Source of the DNA: Patescibacteria group bacterium
GTDB lineage: Bacteria; Patescibacteriota; Microgenomatia; UBA8517
Assembly: GCA_038206135.1 (NCBI GenBank)
Contig: JBBRBD010000006.1
Location: 1 to 62,774 of the forward strand
Reading direction: 5' to 3'
Length of the DNA stretch: 62,774 nt
Shown here: positions 38,282-48,022 of the stretch, piece after piece
How the letters are laid out: every line of letters begins with the position of its first letter
How positions within the stretch are numbered: the first letter of the stretch is position 1
The notes under the pieces: generated by a model
What the model was told of the DNA's origin: nothing
The model's database searches: none
Seen by the model: the letters and a program-made list of their open reading frames with translations, nothing else
Program-made: the position numbers and the translations under genes

Positions 38282-38500
38282 TTAAATGGCTTCTGCCGGA
38301 TCTGATGCTTTTACAAAAACTGGTCGTAATATTGTCCCGTGAATTTTGTTTGCTCGCTTCTCGAGACGTTTAGCATCTGTAATGGTTTCTAAATACTCAA
38401 GCTTTCCCTGTTTGCCGGGGATCATTATTTTGACACCCGTACAAACTTTTCCTGCAGGAATCTTTATTCCGAATTTTAACAAAAGTCCTTCTTTAAGCAT
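38282..38500 (-). CDS. Small basic hypothetical protein (72 aa)
   Basis: AGGGAG SD before ATG 38500; terminator CCCC-ACGCCAA-GGGG+T9. Confidence 0.65.
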   Translation of the reverse strand: MLKEGLLLKFGIKIPAGKVCTGVKIMIPGKQGKLEYLETITDAKRLEKRANKIHGTILRPVFVKASDPAEAI

Positions 38501-38730
38501 TCTTGTCTCCCTATCAATGTAAATGAATTGAGTCCACGCCAAGGGAAATCAGTATAACAAAAAAATACAATCAATGCAAATAGATATAGGATATGCAAAC
38601 TGTTCATTCATACCTAACTAAGAGCGTATGTATTGTCAAAAAAGCATACGAAGCATATCAAGGGCTATATGTGAATGCAGAAAAAAAAGGGTGACGAATA
38701 AAAACGTCACCCTCAACAACGCTCTGCAAT

Positions 38731-38856
38731 TCACTGCTGATATTTTCTATCACATTCCGCGCAGTGGAAGCCTCGATTGCCGGCACAAAAATGACACGTA
38801 CAATTACATTTACGAACGCGCATTAAGGGAAGCCAACCAAATCGTTTCGTTTTCAT
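38731..38856 (-). CDS. 41-aa Cys/His-rich microprotein (below ORF-track cutoff)
   Basis: AAGGAG SD; MKTKRFGWLPLMRVRKCNCTCHFCAGNRGFHCAECDRKYQQ; terminator GGGTGACG/CGTCACCC+T8 at ~38681-38712. Confidence 0.75.
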   Translation of the reverse strand: MKTKRFGWLPLMRVRKCNCTCHFCAGNRGFHCAECDRKYQQ

Positions 38857-38972
38857 TTGAACAACTCCTTATAAGTAATATGTACATATGCACCTTTGTT
38901 CAAGGTGTATGGCAAGTATACAAAAATTTGATTCCAATTGCCAAAAGGCTTCAAACTTTCTACACTGAGTAC

Positions 38973-40361
38973 ATGAGCCTGCCTGCTTTAAAAAAAGCGA
39001 GTATTCCACCTTCACCAAACTTTGTGAAACTTCTTGGCCCCAGTTTTATACTCCTTGGTCTTGGACTGGGGAGCGGAGAACTTATCTTGTGGCCATATCT
39101 GACGAGCCAATATGGTCTTGGAATTATTTGGGGTGCAGTTATTGGCATTACGTTGCAATTTTTTATTAACATGGAGATTTCTCGCTATACGTTGGCAACA
39201 GGAGAAAGTGTTTTTGTAGGACTCACTCGAAAGCTTGGAAAGCTGTCTCCTGTTTGGTTTATTTTTTCAACACTCCTTCCTTGGATGTGGCCGGGAATTA
39301 TTGCAAGTTCCGCGACCCTTCTTGCAAGTTTATTTGGTATTTCATATACACCACTTATTCCCGTTTTAATGCTTGTCGCAATTGGAATAATTTACACCTT
39401 AGGGCCAGTTATTTATAAAACACAAGAACGACTTGAAAAACTTATTATTGGAGTTGGGGTTCCGTTTGTATTTGCCCTTGCCGTTTTTCTTGCAAAACCT
39501 GCAGATTGGCAATCATTGGGAGCAGGTCTCATTGGTATTGGAAATGGCTTCTGGCTTGTTCCCGCTGGTATCTCTGCAACGACATTTTTAGCAGCCTTCG
39601 CGTATGCAGGAGCTGGAGGAAACTTAAACCTTGGACAATCACTCTATATAAAGGAGAAAGGATATGGAATGGGGAAGTACTCTGGACATTTAACCAGTTT
39701 CTTAACGGGCAAGCAAGAAAACATTTCACTCACGGGAACAACATTTGAGAATAATCCTCAGAATATTCATTTGTTTAATGCCTGGTGGAGAAAAATAAAC
39801 TTAGAACATGCAATTGTGTTTTGGATAACGGGAGCAGTTACTATGCTTCTCTTGGCGCTCTTGTCATATGTAACCGTTTTTGGAAGCGCCAACCAATCAG
39901 GAATCATGTTTGTCGTCGAAGAAGCACAAGCCATGAGTATTCAAGTGGGACCAATCATAGGGGTCCTCTTTTTGTCAATTGCTTCTGTTATGCTTTTCTT
40001 CACTCAGTTTTCAGTCTTTGGTACAACAAGTCGTATCATGACAGAGAATTTGCTTTTAACTTCAACACAATTTAAAACAAAATATTCAGGCGGATACTTT
40101 TACTTTTTTCTATGGCTGCAAATAGCACTCGGAGTACTCGTTTTTCTCCTTGGATTTAAAGAGCCACTAACACTTGTTGTCATAGGAGCCGTCTTAAATG
40201 CTTTCTCAATGTTTGTATATAGTGGGCTTATTTTGTGGCTTAATAAAACAAGTTTGTATAAACAAATTCAACCAAACCTACTACGAACAACAATGGTCAC
40301 CCTTGCATTCTTGTTCTATGGAGGATTTAGTATTTATACAATTCTTTCTAAAATTCTGTAG
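38973..40361 (+). CDS. Nramp-like/APC-superfamily transporter
   Basis: LLGPSFILLGLGLGSGELILWP, INMEISRY, GAGG; ~11 TMs; start moved to ATG 38973. Confidence 0.8.
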   Translation: MSLPALKKASIPPSPNFVKLLGPSFILLGLGLGSGELILWPYLTSQYGLGIIWGAVIGITLQFFINMEISRYTLATGESVFVGLTRKLGKLSPVWFIFSTLLPWMWPGIIASSATLLASLFGISYTPLIPVLMLVAIGIIYTLGPVIYKTQERLEKLIIGVGVPFVFALAVFLAKPADWQSLGAGLIGIGNGFWLVPAGISATTFLAAFAYAGAGGNLNLGQSLYIKEKGYGMGKYSGHLTSFLTGKQENISLTGTTFENNPQNIHLFNAWWRKINLEHAIVFWITGAVTMLLLALLSYVTVFGSANQSGIMFVVEEAQAMSIQVGPIIGVLFLSIASVMLFFTQFSVFGTTSRIMTENLLLTSTQFKTKYSGGYFYFFLWLQIALGVLVFLLGFKEPLTLVVIGAVLNAFSMFVYSGLILWLNKTSLYKQIQPNLLRTTMVTLAFLFYGGFSIYTILSKIL

Positions 40362-40545
40362 ATATACATAATCATTTGTACACAAATATCATTCAGCAAT
40401 CTTCATATCGTACCTGATAGGAAATAAGGCTTTTTTATAAAGTGTTTAAGTTTAAAAAATCAACATTGAAATCCTATAGCTTGATTTTCAAGCACATTTC
40501 TGATAAAATCAACAAAGTAATCAAGACAGTTAGGAGACCATCAAT

Positions 40546-40956
40546 ATGGTGCTTGAACCCAAAGTCGAAGTGTTATTGGAAATCTGGACTGAGTTAGAAC
40601 AGTTTCGCCGGGACATTGCATCTTTTTATTCTACAGACTTAAAGGATGTCGCCGCCGTGCAGATACGAGGCTACAACCCGAAATCTGTTAATTCTCCAAA
40701 AAAACAAGGAGAAATGACATTGTGGGTCAATCGAACAGATTCAGCCGGCCCTATGGAAAACAACATTCTCCTCGAGCGTCACAAAGTGTTACTTATCAAG
40801 GTCTGGAATCGAATTCTAAACGAGATATCAGATAATGTAGATCGCGTGCTGATCGCAACTGAGGACTGTACATTCTATGTGCCCGGTATCTATCCGGCGC
40901 ACATTGATATAAATGTCTATCTACCCATTTATCAACATGCTTCGTTGCACGACTAG
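40546..40956 (+). CDS. Hypothetical protein
   Basis: AGGAG SD; 136 aa. Confidence 0.65.
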   Translation: MVLEPKVEVLLEIWTELEQFRRDIASFYSTDLKDVAAVQIRGYNPKSVNSPKKQGEMTLWVNRTDSAGPMENNILLERHKVLLIKVWNRILNEISDNVDRVLIATEDCTFYVPGIYPAHIDINVYLPIYQHASLHD

Positions 40957-41388
40957 TTATCGACCTTTTGACCTCTTCGAACTAAAAACGAAGAGGTCTC
41001 TTTTTGTAAGTAAATAGTAAATATAATACCCACTAATAAAAAAATTTATGTCACCGACCAAAAATGCGGTCCATACGATAAAGTCTTTGGTATGTAACAA
41101 ATGGTAAATCAAGCCATATCCAAAAAAAAGTAATACTACTTCATTACCAAAATAAAAAATAAACTCAACAGAAAGAAAGGCTAACAACAACCAGAAACCA
41201 AGTCGATGCTTTGATTTTAGTAACCAGATACTGCTAATAAACCAGACCAGGGTGATTATTAGTAAAATAACACCTAGAAAATTAAATTTACCGTGGTACA
41301 AATGCAGGTTGTATGGTATTTGAACTAAATAGTTAAGACCAACAATAACAAAAAGCGGCATGAGTGATTTATCTATTTTATTTTTCAC
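40957..41388 (-). CDS. Four-TM membrane protein
   Basis: Hydrophobic helices throughout. Confidence 0.7.
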   Translation of the reverse strand: MKNKIDKSLMPLFVIVGLNYLVQIPYNLHLYHGKFNFLGVILLIITLVWFISSIWLLKSKHRLGFWLLLAFLSVEFIFYFGNEVVLLFFGYGLIYHLLHTKDFIVWTAFLVGDINFFISGYYIYYLLTKRDLFVFSSKRSKGR

Positions 41389-41491
41389 AATCTAATTATA
41401 ACAATTAGTTCATCTGAGCATTTATTCTTGAAAATAATAACAAATTTATCTAATTTGTATTCCAACACTAAAAAATTGATAGAATAAAGCT

Positions 41492-41833
41492 ATGAAAAAA
41501 TTGGTCATTTCAATACTTTTAGGAATAATTTTTGGAGGGATTATTTCAAAATATATTTTTGTTGCCTCGTATCTCAATCTTTTTTTGTGGGGAGGAATTG
41601 GAATAGGTATTGGCTTCTGGAGCGATTCAAAAAAACTTGCCATTAGAAATTCAGGTGTTTATGGCTTTGTTCTTTCCTTTGTTTTTATGTTTGTCGGATA
41701 TCAGGGGAGTGTATCTATAATAAGTCGTATACCTTTCTTTGCAATCCTAGGCTTGGTAGGTTTAGTGTGCGGATCAATACTTGGTTTTATTGGAAGTATT
41801 ATCTCTCAATATGCTAATCGGATTCCAGCATAG
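41492..41833 (+). CDS. Gly-rich four-TM membrane protein
   Basis: ORF track; hydrophobic. Confidence 0.7.
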   Translation: MKKLVISILLGIIFGGIISKYIFVASYLNLFLWGGIGIGIGFWSDSKKLAIRNSGVYGFVLSFVFMFVGYQGSVSIISRIPFFAILGLVGLVCGSILGFIGSIISQYANRIPA

Positions 41834-41994
41834 TACTTTCTCTTCAATGCGTGCTCACATTAATTCTGGATTACTTCGACAGGTAGTGCTTTGCATTCCA
41901 GCTTCGGCCGCATTTGGATTAATTTGTAGGTTCATAGCGAACAAAATTCCCTATATAGTACATAAAAATCGTTGAGTACTGTACAATTTAAGAT

Positions 41995-42384
41995 ATGAAG
42001 AAAACACTTTCAGATTTGTTCAAAATTACTGGTTTACCAATTCTCTTTGCATCATTGTGTTGTCTGGCACCTGTTGTTCTCGTAGCACTTGGACTCAGTA
42101 CAGTGGGATTCGCCGCAGCTTTGGGTGGCACGCTTGATGGAAAATATAAGATCGTGTTTCTTGGTGGAGGAGTAATCCTTTTAATAATTTCGTTAGTAAT
42201 CTATTTTCGTGGTAAAGGTATCTGCACATTAGATCAAGCCAAGCGTCACCGAAATGAAATTATAAATAAAATATTAATCGCGATTATCGCTACAATTATC
42301 GGTTATGTACTGTTCTTTAATATCTTTCTTGGTATAGTTGGCACCCAACTTGGACTATGGCACGGTATTTCATTTTTGCCTTAA
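41995..42384 (+). CDS. MerT/MerF-like small membrane protein
   Basis: ASLCCLAPVVL vicinal Cys in TM1; three TMs. Confidence 0.7.
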   Translation: MKKTLSDLFKITGLPILFASLCCLAPVVLVALGLSTVGFAAALGGTLDGKYKIVFLGGGVILLIISLVIYFRGKGICTLDQAKRHRNEIINKILIAIIATIIGYVLFFNIFLGIVGTQLGLWHGISFLP

Positions 42385-43496
42385 TAGCTTTTTTATTGTT
42401 TTTTCGGATTAATCCAAACCTTGATCATGATGTCTATCTGTATCAATGGGAAGGGTATGTAACAGCTTCTGGAGTAAATCCATACGCAGCTCCACCTAAT
42501 GACTATTCGAACACATCACTTGCCATAAAATTCCCGTATTGGAGTGAGTTGCAATTCAAAGAATATCGTTCTATTTATCCACCTGTTAGTCAAGTCATCT
42601 TCATGTTGAATTATCTGCTCTTTGGTTTTTCATTAATTGGGATGCGAATTACATTTTTTATTTTTATACTTGGTTCTATCTGGGTAATAAAACACATTTT
42701 AATCGAACTCAAAATACCGATATCAAGAATATGGCTTTTTGTTGCAAATTTAGTAATTTATTACAATGTTACGGGGACTATACACAATGATATTTTGATG
42801 ATGTTTTTCCTCTTGCTCGCGATATTGTTCTTTTTTAGAAAAAAGGAGTTATTAAGCGGAATTTTTTTCGGCTTGGCAATCGGTACTAAGTATGTTCCAA
42901 TTTTCTTGTTACCACTGTTTGTGAGTTACGCAGTTGATAAGAAAAAGTTTTTTGTGAGTGTGGGAACATCAATCTCAATTTCATTTTTACCGTTTCTTAT
43001 AAATACTTCTCCGGCAAATTTTTTTCAAACGTTAGTCGTGTACACAGATAGATGGACTTATACGCCAGGAGTATTTGGTCTCACCCAAAAATTGTTTTCT
43101 GCCCTTAATTTCGCTTCGCCATTCCTAATAACAAAAATACTATTTTGGCTCGTCTTATTTATTCTGATTGTTTTCCTTTCCTTAAAAACAAAGAAAACTA
43201 AAAAGTCACTGATAGAGTCATCAGTTCTAATTTTAGGGTTTCTCTTAGTCGCTAACAGTGTTCTTTTCCCTTGGTACTTGATATGGGTTCTTCCATTTAC
43301 TCCATTGATTAAAAACCCATGGCCGTGGATAGTTCTCGGATTCTCTTCTTTATTTATTACCTGGGGAGGATATGGTCAAGAAGGACTGCAACTATGGAGA
43401 CAGCTTTTGGTGTGGATACCATTTTATTTAGTTTTACTGATATCATTCATTCATGAACGAATTAAAAGTCGCCATAATTATACCGACGCTGAATGA
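42357..43496 (+). CDS. GT-C membrane glycosyltransferase (GT87/DUF2029-like)
   Basis: DVYLYQWEG, GVNPY, IYPP, IHND, GTKYVP, FPWY. Confidence 0.8.
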   Translation: MARYFIFALIAFLLFFRINPNLDHDVYLYQWEGYVTASGVNPYAAPPNDYSNTSLAIKFPYWSELQFKEYRSIYPPVSQVIFMLNYLLFGFSLIGMRITFFIFILGSIWVIKHILIELKIPISRIWLFVANLVIYYNVTGTIHNDILMMFFLLLAILFFFRKKELLSGIFFGLAIGTKYVPIFLLPLFVSYAVDKKKFFVSVGTSISISFLPFLINTSPANFFQTLVVYTDRWTYTPGVFGLTQKLFSALNFASPFLITKILFWLVLFILIVFLSLKTKKTKKSLIESSVLILGFLLVANSVLFPWYLIWVLPFTPLIKNPWPWIVLGFSSLFITWGGYGQEGLQLWRQLLVWIPFYLVLLISFIHERIKSRHNYTDAE

Positions 43497-44139
43497 AGAA
43501 AGAACTATCGAGAAAGTAATTACTTCAATCCCGAAAAAATACCAGAAAAATATTATTGTTGCTGACTGTCAATCAACTGACAAAACGGCCCAAATTGCCA
43601 AGCGATTAGGTGCCACTGTAATTACGAGTTTAAAACGGAATTATGATCAACCTTGTTTTTTAGGTTCACAGAAAGCACTTGCCAGTAAGGCAGACATTTT
43701 CGTGTATATGCATGCAGGCGGTGATGATGATGTACATGACTTAGATCTATTGATTGATCCTATTCAGAAAAGTGCAGCAGATCTTGTTATGGGAGCAAGA
43801 GTAAAAGGTGACCCACAAAACAAGGCTTTGGCTAAACACCAAAAAATTGGTACTAAAGTTATAGTTGGAATAATTAATTTATTTTTCAATAGACAATTGA
43901 ATGACATTGGGCCATTCCGTGCAATTAGTGCAAATTGGTACAAGGAATTAAAAATGAGACCAACTGGGTTTTCATTCCCTTCACAAATGTTAGTAAAGTC
44001 TTTAAAAAAAGGTGGTCGAGTGATTGAAGTCCCGATTACGAGCCGCCCTCGAATTGGTAAATCTAAGATATCAGGCTCTCTCAAAAAAAGCCTTTTAGCA
44101 GGACGAGATATGTTCTGGGCATTAAGGTTTATCATTTAA
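43453..44139 (+). CDS. GT2 (DPM-synthase-like) glycosyltransferase
   Basis: IIPTLNEE, VADCQSTD, DIGPFRAI, SKISG. Confidence 0.85.
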   Translation: MNELKVAIIIPTLNEERTIEKVITSIPKKYQKNIIVADCQSTDKTAQIAKRLGATVITSLKRNYDQPCFLGSQKALASKADIFVYMHAGGDDDVHDLDLLIDPIQKSAADLVMGARVKGDPQNKALAKHQKIGTKVIVGIINLFFNRQLNDIGPFRAISANWYKELKMRPTGFSFPSQMLVKSLKKGGRVIEVPITSRPRIGKSKISGSLKKSLLAGRDMFWALRFII

Positions 44140-44264
44140 GGTAAAACTTCACACCTTTCTCACTCAATTTGCAAAGTGGAGAAACAGGCCTATAGCTTGA
44201 TTCTTAGCTTCAAATATGCTATCATTCACTATCGATTTAGGCGTCTAATAAGGAGAATAAGCAC

Positions 44265-44678
44265 ATGTTTGACAACTTTTCTGTGTTACCTGGTGTTGGA
44301 CAGGCACATGTTGATCATGTTTGTATTCAAGTAGGACCAGACATGATCATTGCAGCCACCTGCCTGTTTACAAAACTTGGATATGTCGAAAACCAACCTC
44401 GCCGCAAGAATGGAGAATGGGGGGAGGCACGATTTATGGAAAAACTGGGTTCAATCCCCGTGCAGTTGACACTTTCGACTGATATGACAGTTATTCTGCC
44501 CGGCGAAAACCACGTCGCAATTGCAGTGGAAAATCCATATAAAGCAGCTATGTCTTTGGTCGAATGGCTCAACTGGGCAGGTATTAAAGATACCGTGGTT
44601 GAGGACTATGACGAAAAATATTTCGTCTCAATCCCGACGATTTTAGTTGAGCCTTTGGAATTTGTCCCAATGCATTAG
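44265..44678 (+). CDS. VOC/glyoxalase-like protein
   Basis: DHVCIQV...F..LGY and NHVAIAV paired motifs; AAGGAG SD. Confidence 0.65.
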   Translation: MFDNFSVLPGVGQAHVDHVCIQVGPDMIIAATCLFTKLGYVENQPRRKNGEWGEARFMEKLGSIPVQLTLSTDMTVILPGENHVAIAVENPYKAAMSLVEWLNWAGIKDTVVEDYDEKYFVSIPTILVEPLEFVPMH

Positions 44679-44719
44679 CAGTAACAATTTTAAAATGCTG
44701 TAACAGATAAGGAGCAGGT

Positions 44720-44908
44720 ATGAAAAAGTTGTGGGATTCTATTACGACTCATCTAAAGGAAGCGAAAAATACGTTTCGCTTTATCATGAACATGGATATG
44801 AGTGTAACTGAGGATCCACATTGGTTCCTCGGCACAAAGACGCGTCCTGAAACGGTGCAGCGGCTGAAAGAAGCCAAAGAACGAGCAGACAGTTCTCAGT
44901 CTGATTAA
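44720..44908 (+). CDS. Small hypothetical protein
   Basis: AAGGAG SD; terminator at ~44928-44964. Confidence 0.6.
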   Translation: MKKLWDSITTHLKEAKNTFRFIMNMDMSVTEDPHWFLGTKTRPETVQRLKEAKERADSSQSD

Positions 44909-45036
44909 CCGTAAAAACACATAAGTTACTCTCTCTATTTTTTGAACAAAATAGAGAGTTTTTTTTGACCATTATTTGCACGAACATTAAATATAGAATA
45001 TAATTCTGCAGCGCTTAGATATCAAGGAGAAATGTC

Positions 45037-45417
45037 GTGGGGATACTATTTGCGATTATCGCGTTTTTTCAGGCATCAGCTGAGAGCAAGAACCTGACAA
45101 CAGAGCAATCAACATTACTGTTTCTGCAAAAGATGTCAGACATTGAGCACTCAGTTTTGCCATTCGCTTCGATCGCCCTTGTCGTCGGCCTTGTTTTTCT
45201 TTTCATTTCGTTTCGGAAACGGGGAATGACAGTTGGAGCGTTCTGTTCAGGAGGATGTCTCACCTTAGGTGGGGTGTTTGTTGGAATAGGCACGTTGCTG
45301 CCGCTTGCCTTCACTAGCGTCGCTCTTTCGGCCATCAACAGTGAGACGGGAGTAATTACGAACCCGCTTTTTTTCTGGGGTTCCATTATTCTCTTTGTCC
45401 TGACTTGTTGGGGTTAG
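45037..45417 (+). CDS. Membrane protein
   Basis: AAGGAG SD, GTG start; terminator GGGTGGATT/AATCCACCC. Confidence 0.65.
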   Translation: MGILFAIIAFFQASAESKNLTTEQSTLLFLQKMSDIEHSVLPFASIALVVGLVFLFISFRKRGMTVGAFCSGGCLTLGGVFVGIGTLLPLAFTSVALSAINSETGVITNPLFFWGSIILFVLTCWG

Positions 45418-45564
45418 TATTTGTTTTTCGGGTGGATTATTGCAATCCACCCATTTTTGTCCTAAAAAATAAGAACAAACAGAATGATTCCACAAAACAA
45501 TCTGATTTATCTCATGTTCCACCTCTATCAGGTAGTTACATATAGATAGATATATAATACAAAT

Positions 45565-46590
45565 ATGAAACGAATATTCTTGATCCTCTTTGTTGCAACA
45601 CTCGCGCTAGTTTTTGGTTTTTTTACCGGACGCGCTAGTACTTCGTCCGAGTCCCACATTTTTGAACTTTCTCCAACACCCGTTCCCACGCCACTAGCTA
45701 AATACACAATGGAGAACATGAAGTCAGCCCAAGTCGCACCCGCTGAATTTATGAAAGAAAATCAAATGAGTGAAACCCCAGATGTTTCTCTGTATGGTTT
45801 TTCAATGCGTTTTGACCCAACGCTTTCAGGAAATAAAACACAAAAGGTAACCGGAGTCGTAAACATGCCAAAGGCAGACGGGAAGTATCCTCTTGTCATT
45901 ATGATTCGTGGGTTTGTTGACCAAAGTATTTATAAGCCTGGAATTGGGTCAGCGCCAGCAGCTGCATATTTTTCAAAGAATGGCTTTATTACTGTTTCGC
46001 CTGATTTTCTCGGATACGCGGGGAGTGATACTGAATCAGGAAATATATTTGAAACTAGATTTCAAACATACACGACAGTTGTTTCTCTTCTAAATTCAAT
46101 TGCAACTCCATCTTTCTCCCAAATTGTCGACAATAAGTGGGATGGAAAAAACATATTCATCTGGGCACACAGCAATGGAGGACAAGTAGCATTGACAACA
46201 CTTGCAGTAACAGGTGTCACGTACCCTACAACGCTCTGGGCACCGGTCACAAAGCCATTTCCATATAGTGTCTTATATTACACAGATGAGTCAGTTGATG
46301 GAGGAAAGTTCATTCGATCTGAACTTTCTAAGTTTGAAAAGCTGTATAACGTCGATAATTATTCATTTACCAATTATTTGAGTGACATTAAAGCGCCGCT
46401 ACAGTTCTCACAAGGTACAGCCGATGATGCCGTTCCTTTTGTATGGACACAGTCAATTTCAGCTCGACTAAAGAAACTAGGGGATGACGTTACCTATAAT
46501 CAGTATGCAGGAAGTGATCACAATTTAAGGCCTGCGTGGGACACTGTTGTTGAAAATGATTTGAAATTCTTCAGAAAATGGTTAAAATAA
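45565..46590 (+). CDS. Alpha/beta hydrolase (S9-like), membrane-anchored
   Basis: WAHSNGG nucleophile elbow, QGTADDAVP, GSDH. Confidence 0.85.
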   Translation: MKRIFLILFVATLALVFGFFTGRASTSSESHIFELSPTPVPTPLAKYTMENMKSAQVAPAEFMKENQMSETPDVSLYGFSMRFDPTLSGNKTQKVTGVVNMPKADGKYPLVIMIRGFVDQSIYKPGIGSAPAAAYFSKNGFITVSPDFLGYAGSDTESGNIFETRFQTYTTVVSLLNSIATPSFSQIVDNKWDGKNIFIWAHSNGGQVALTTLAVTGVTYPTTLWAPVTKPFPYSVLYYTDESVDGGKFIRSELSKFEKLYNVDNYSFTNYLSDIKAPLQFSQGTADDAVPFVWTQSISARLKKLGDDVTYNQYAGSDHNLRPAWDTVVENDLKFFRKWLK

Positions 46591-46595
46591 GAGAT

Positions 46596-46943
46596 ATGAA
46601 TATTTTTGTAGGCCTAATTATTAATATCTTAAGCCTAATGATTGTGAGTTACCTGATTCCTGGATTTCACTTTGTAGATTTCCAAGCACTTCTGGTGACC
46701 GCAGTTGTAATTGGGGTAATTAACACTTTTGTGCGTCCAGTGCTCCAGCTTATTGCACTTCCGCTTTCAATTATTACTTTGGGCCTCTTTGCGTTCTTCG
46801 TAAACGTCGCTCTTTTGTGGTTCGCATCAAACATTGTGTCCGGATTTCAGATTGATAGCTTCTTTACCGCAGCAGTGGCCTCTGTCGTAATGGCACTGGT
46901 TGGTGCGTTTTTCCACAAAATGGATAAGAACCCCAAATCATGA
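46596..46943 (+). CDS. YvlD/phage-holin-like four-TM family protein
   Basis: INTFVRPVLQLIALP...TLGLF...VN; housekeeping context. Confidence 0.8.
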   Translation: MNIFVGLIINILSLMIVSYLIPGFHFVDFQALLVTAVVIGVINTFVRPVLQLIALPLSIITLGLFAFFVNVALLWFASNIVSGFQIDSFFTAAVASVVMALVGAFFHKMDKNPKS

Positions 46944-47098
46944 GCAATAAAAAAGAAAGCAAAAAGGCTGCAGATCAAAAAAAAGTAGTTCCTGTTCCTT
47001 TTAAACAAGCAAGTAAATTTGGTGGAGCTGCAAATACATTTGTCACTAAATCTCAATATAAACCTGAACCTGTTCGAATAACCCAACACAAGGGCTAG
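46940..47098 (+). CDS. 52-aa basic microprotein (below ORF-track cutoff)
   Basis: ATGA overlap with upstream stop; MSNKKESKKAADQKKVVPVPFKQASKFGGAANTFVTKSQYKPEPVRITQHKG. Confidence 0.7.
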   Translation: MSNKKESKKAADQKKVVPVPFKQASKFGGAANTFVTKSQYKPEPVRITQHKG

Positions 47099-47130
47099 CC
47101 TTGAGCTCTATTTCGTGTATAATAACCTCC

Positions 47131-48018
47131 ATGGCCGCTAAACAAAAAACAACTAATCCAAATGTAACTGTTGCAAAGACAGATGATGGTACCGTTCAGA
47201 TGACATTCATTCTTCCTTGGGCAGAAGTTGAAAAGGAAGAAAAAAAGGCCATTGAAAAACTTGCGAAAACTATAACAGTTCCAGGATTTAGAGAAGGTAA
47301 AGCTCCTGCAGAAACAGCAGCCGCTCACATTCCTCGAGAAACTTTGGTACAAGAAACAGTAGCAGCACTTATTCCTTCACAAATTTCACAAACATATAAA
47401 GATCACGATATAACTCCTATCATGTATCCAAAGCTTGAGCTTTTGCATGCACACGATGGTGAAGATTGGGAAATTAAAGCAACTACAGCACAGTTTCCTG
47501 AAATTAAAATGGGTGACTATAAAGCTCAAATTAAAGGCGCAATTGCCGCGGGTGGTATTTGGACTCCAGAAAAAGGGAAACCAGAAGACGCTCCAAAAGA
47601 ATTAAGCGCTGAAGAAAAAGAAAACATAGCACTTCGCACCATATTAAATACTGTTGAAGTTAAGCTACCTGCAATTTTGGTCGAAGAAGAAGCTGACCAC
47701 CGAGTTTCAAATTTACTTGCTAGACTTGAAAAACTTGGACTGAGTCTTGAAAGTTATCTCTCTTCTCAAAACAAAGATGTACAAAGTTTAAGAGCTGAAT
47801 ATGCACAATCAGCAAGTGAGTCCTTGAAGCTAGAACTTGTTCTTGGAAAAGTAGCAGAAGAAGAGAAAATTGAAGTCTCTGAAAAAGAAGTTGATGCGTT
47901 CGCTGCCGTAACTGAAGCCGACCCAAGAAGAGCAGGTCAGCCAATTACTCCAGAAGAAAAAAACACTATTCGAACGCTTCTAACTAAACGCAAAGCAATA
48001 GAACATCTGGTATCCTAA
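47131..48018 (+). CDS. tig: Trigger factor lacking the FKBP PPIase domain
   Basis: TVPGFREGKAP ribosome-binding motif; C-terminal chaperone domain follows directly; 295 aa. Confidence 0.85.
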   Translation: MAAKQKTTNPNVTVAKTDDGTVQMTFILPWAEVEKEEKKAIEKLAKTITVPGFREGKAPAETAAAHIPRETLVQETVAALIPSQISQTYKDHDITPIMYPKLELLHAHDGEDWEIKATTAQFPEIKMGDYKAQIKGAIAAGGIWTPEKGKPEDAPKELSAEEKENIALRTILNTVEVKLPAILVEEEADHRVSNLLARLEKLGLSLESYLSSQNKDVQSLRAEYAQSASESLKLELVLGKVAEEEKIEVSEKEVDAFAAVTEADPRRAGQPITPEEKNTIRTLLTKRKAIEHLVS

Positions 48019-48022
48019 GAAC

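Noticed and set aside
38628-38972. N-terminal 115-aa extension of the Nramp-like ORF
   Set aside because: Non-protein-like composition; the region holds the antisense Cys-rich gene, its terminator and the leaderless promoter for ATG 38973
41781-41975. 64-aa ORF with ANKIP echoing the C-terminus (ANRIP) of 41492..41833
   Set aside because: At best a short decayed duplicate; no credible start signal and the similarity is too short to support
46596-46943. Prophage inferred from the holin-like gene
   Set aside because: YvlD-type family is common in chromosomes; no endolysin, structural or terminase genes are nearby
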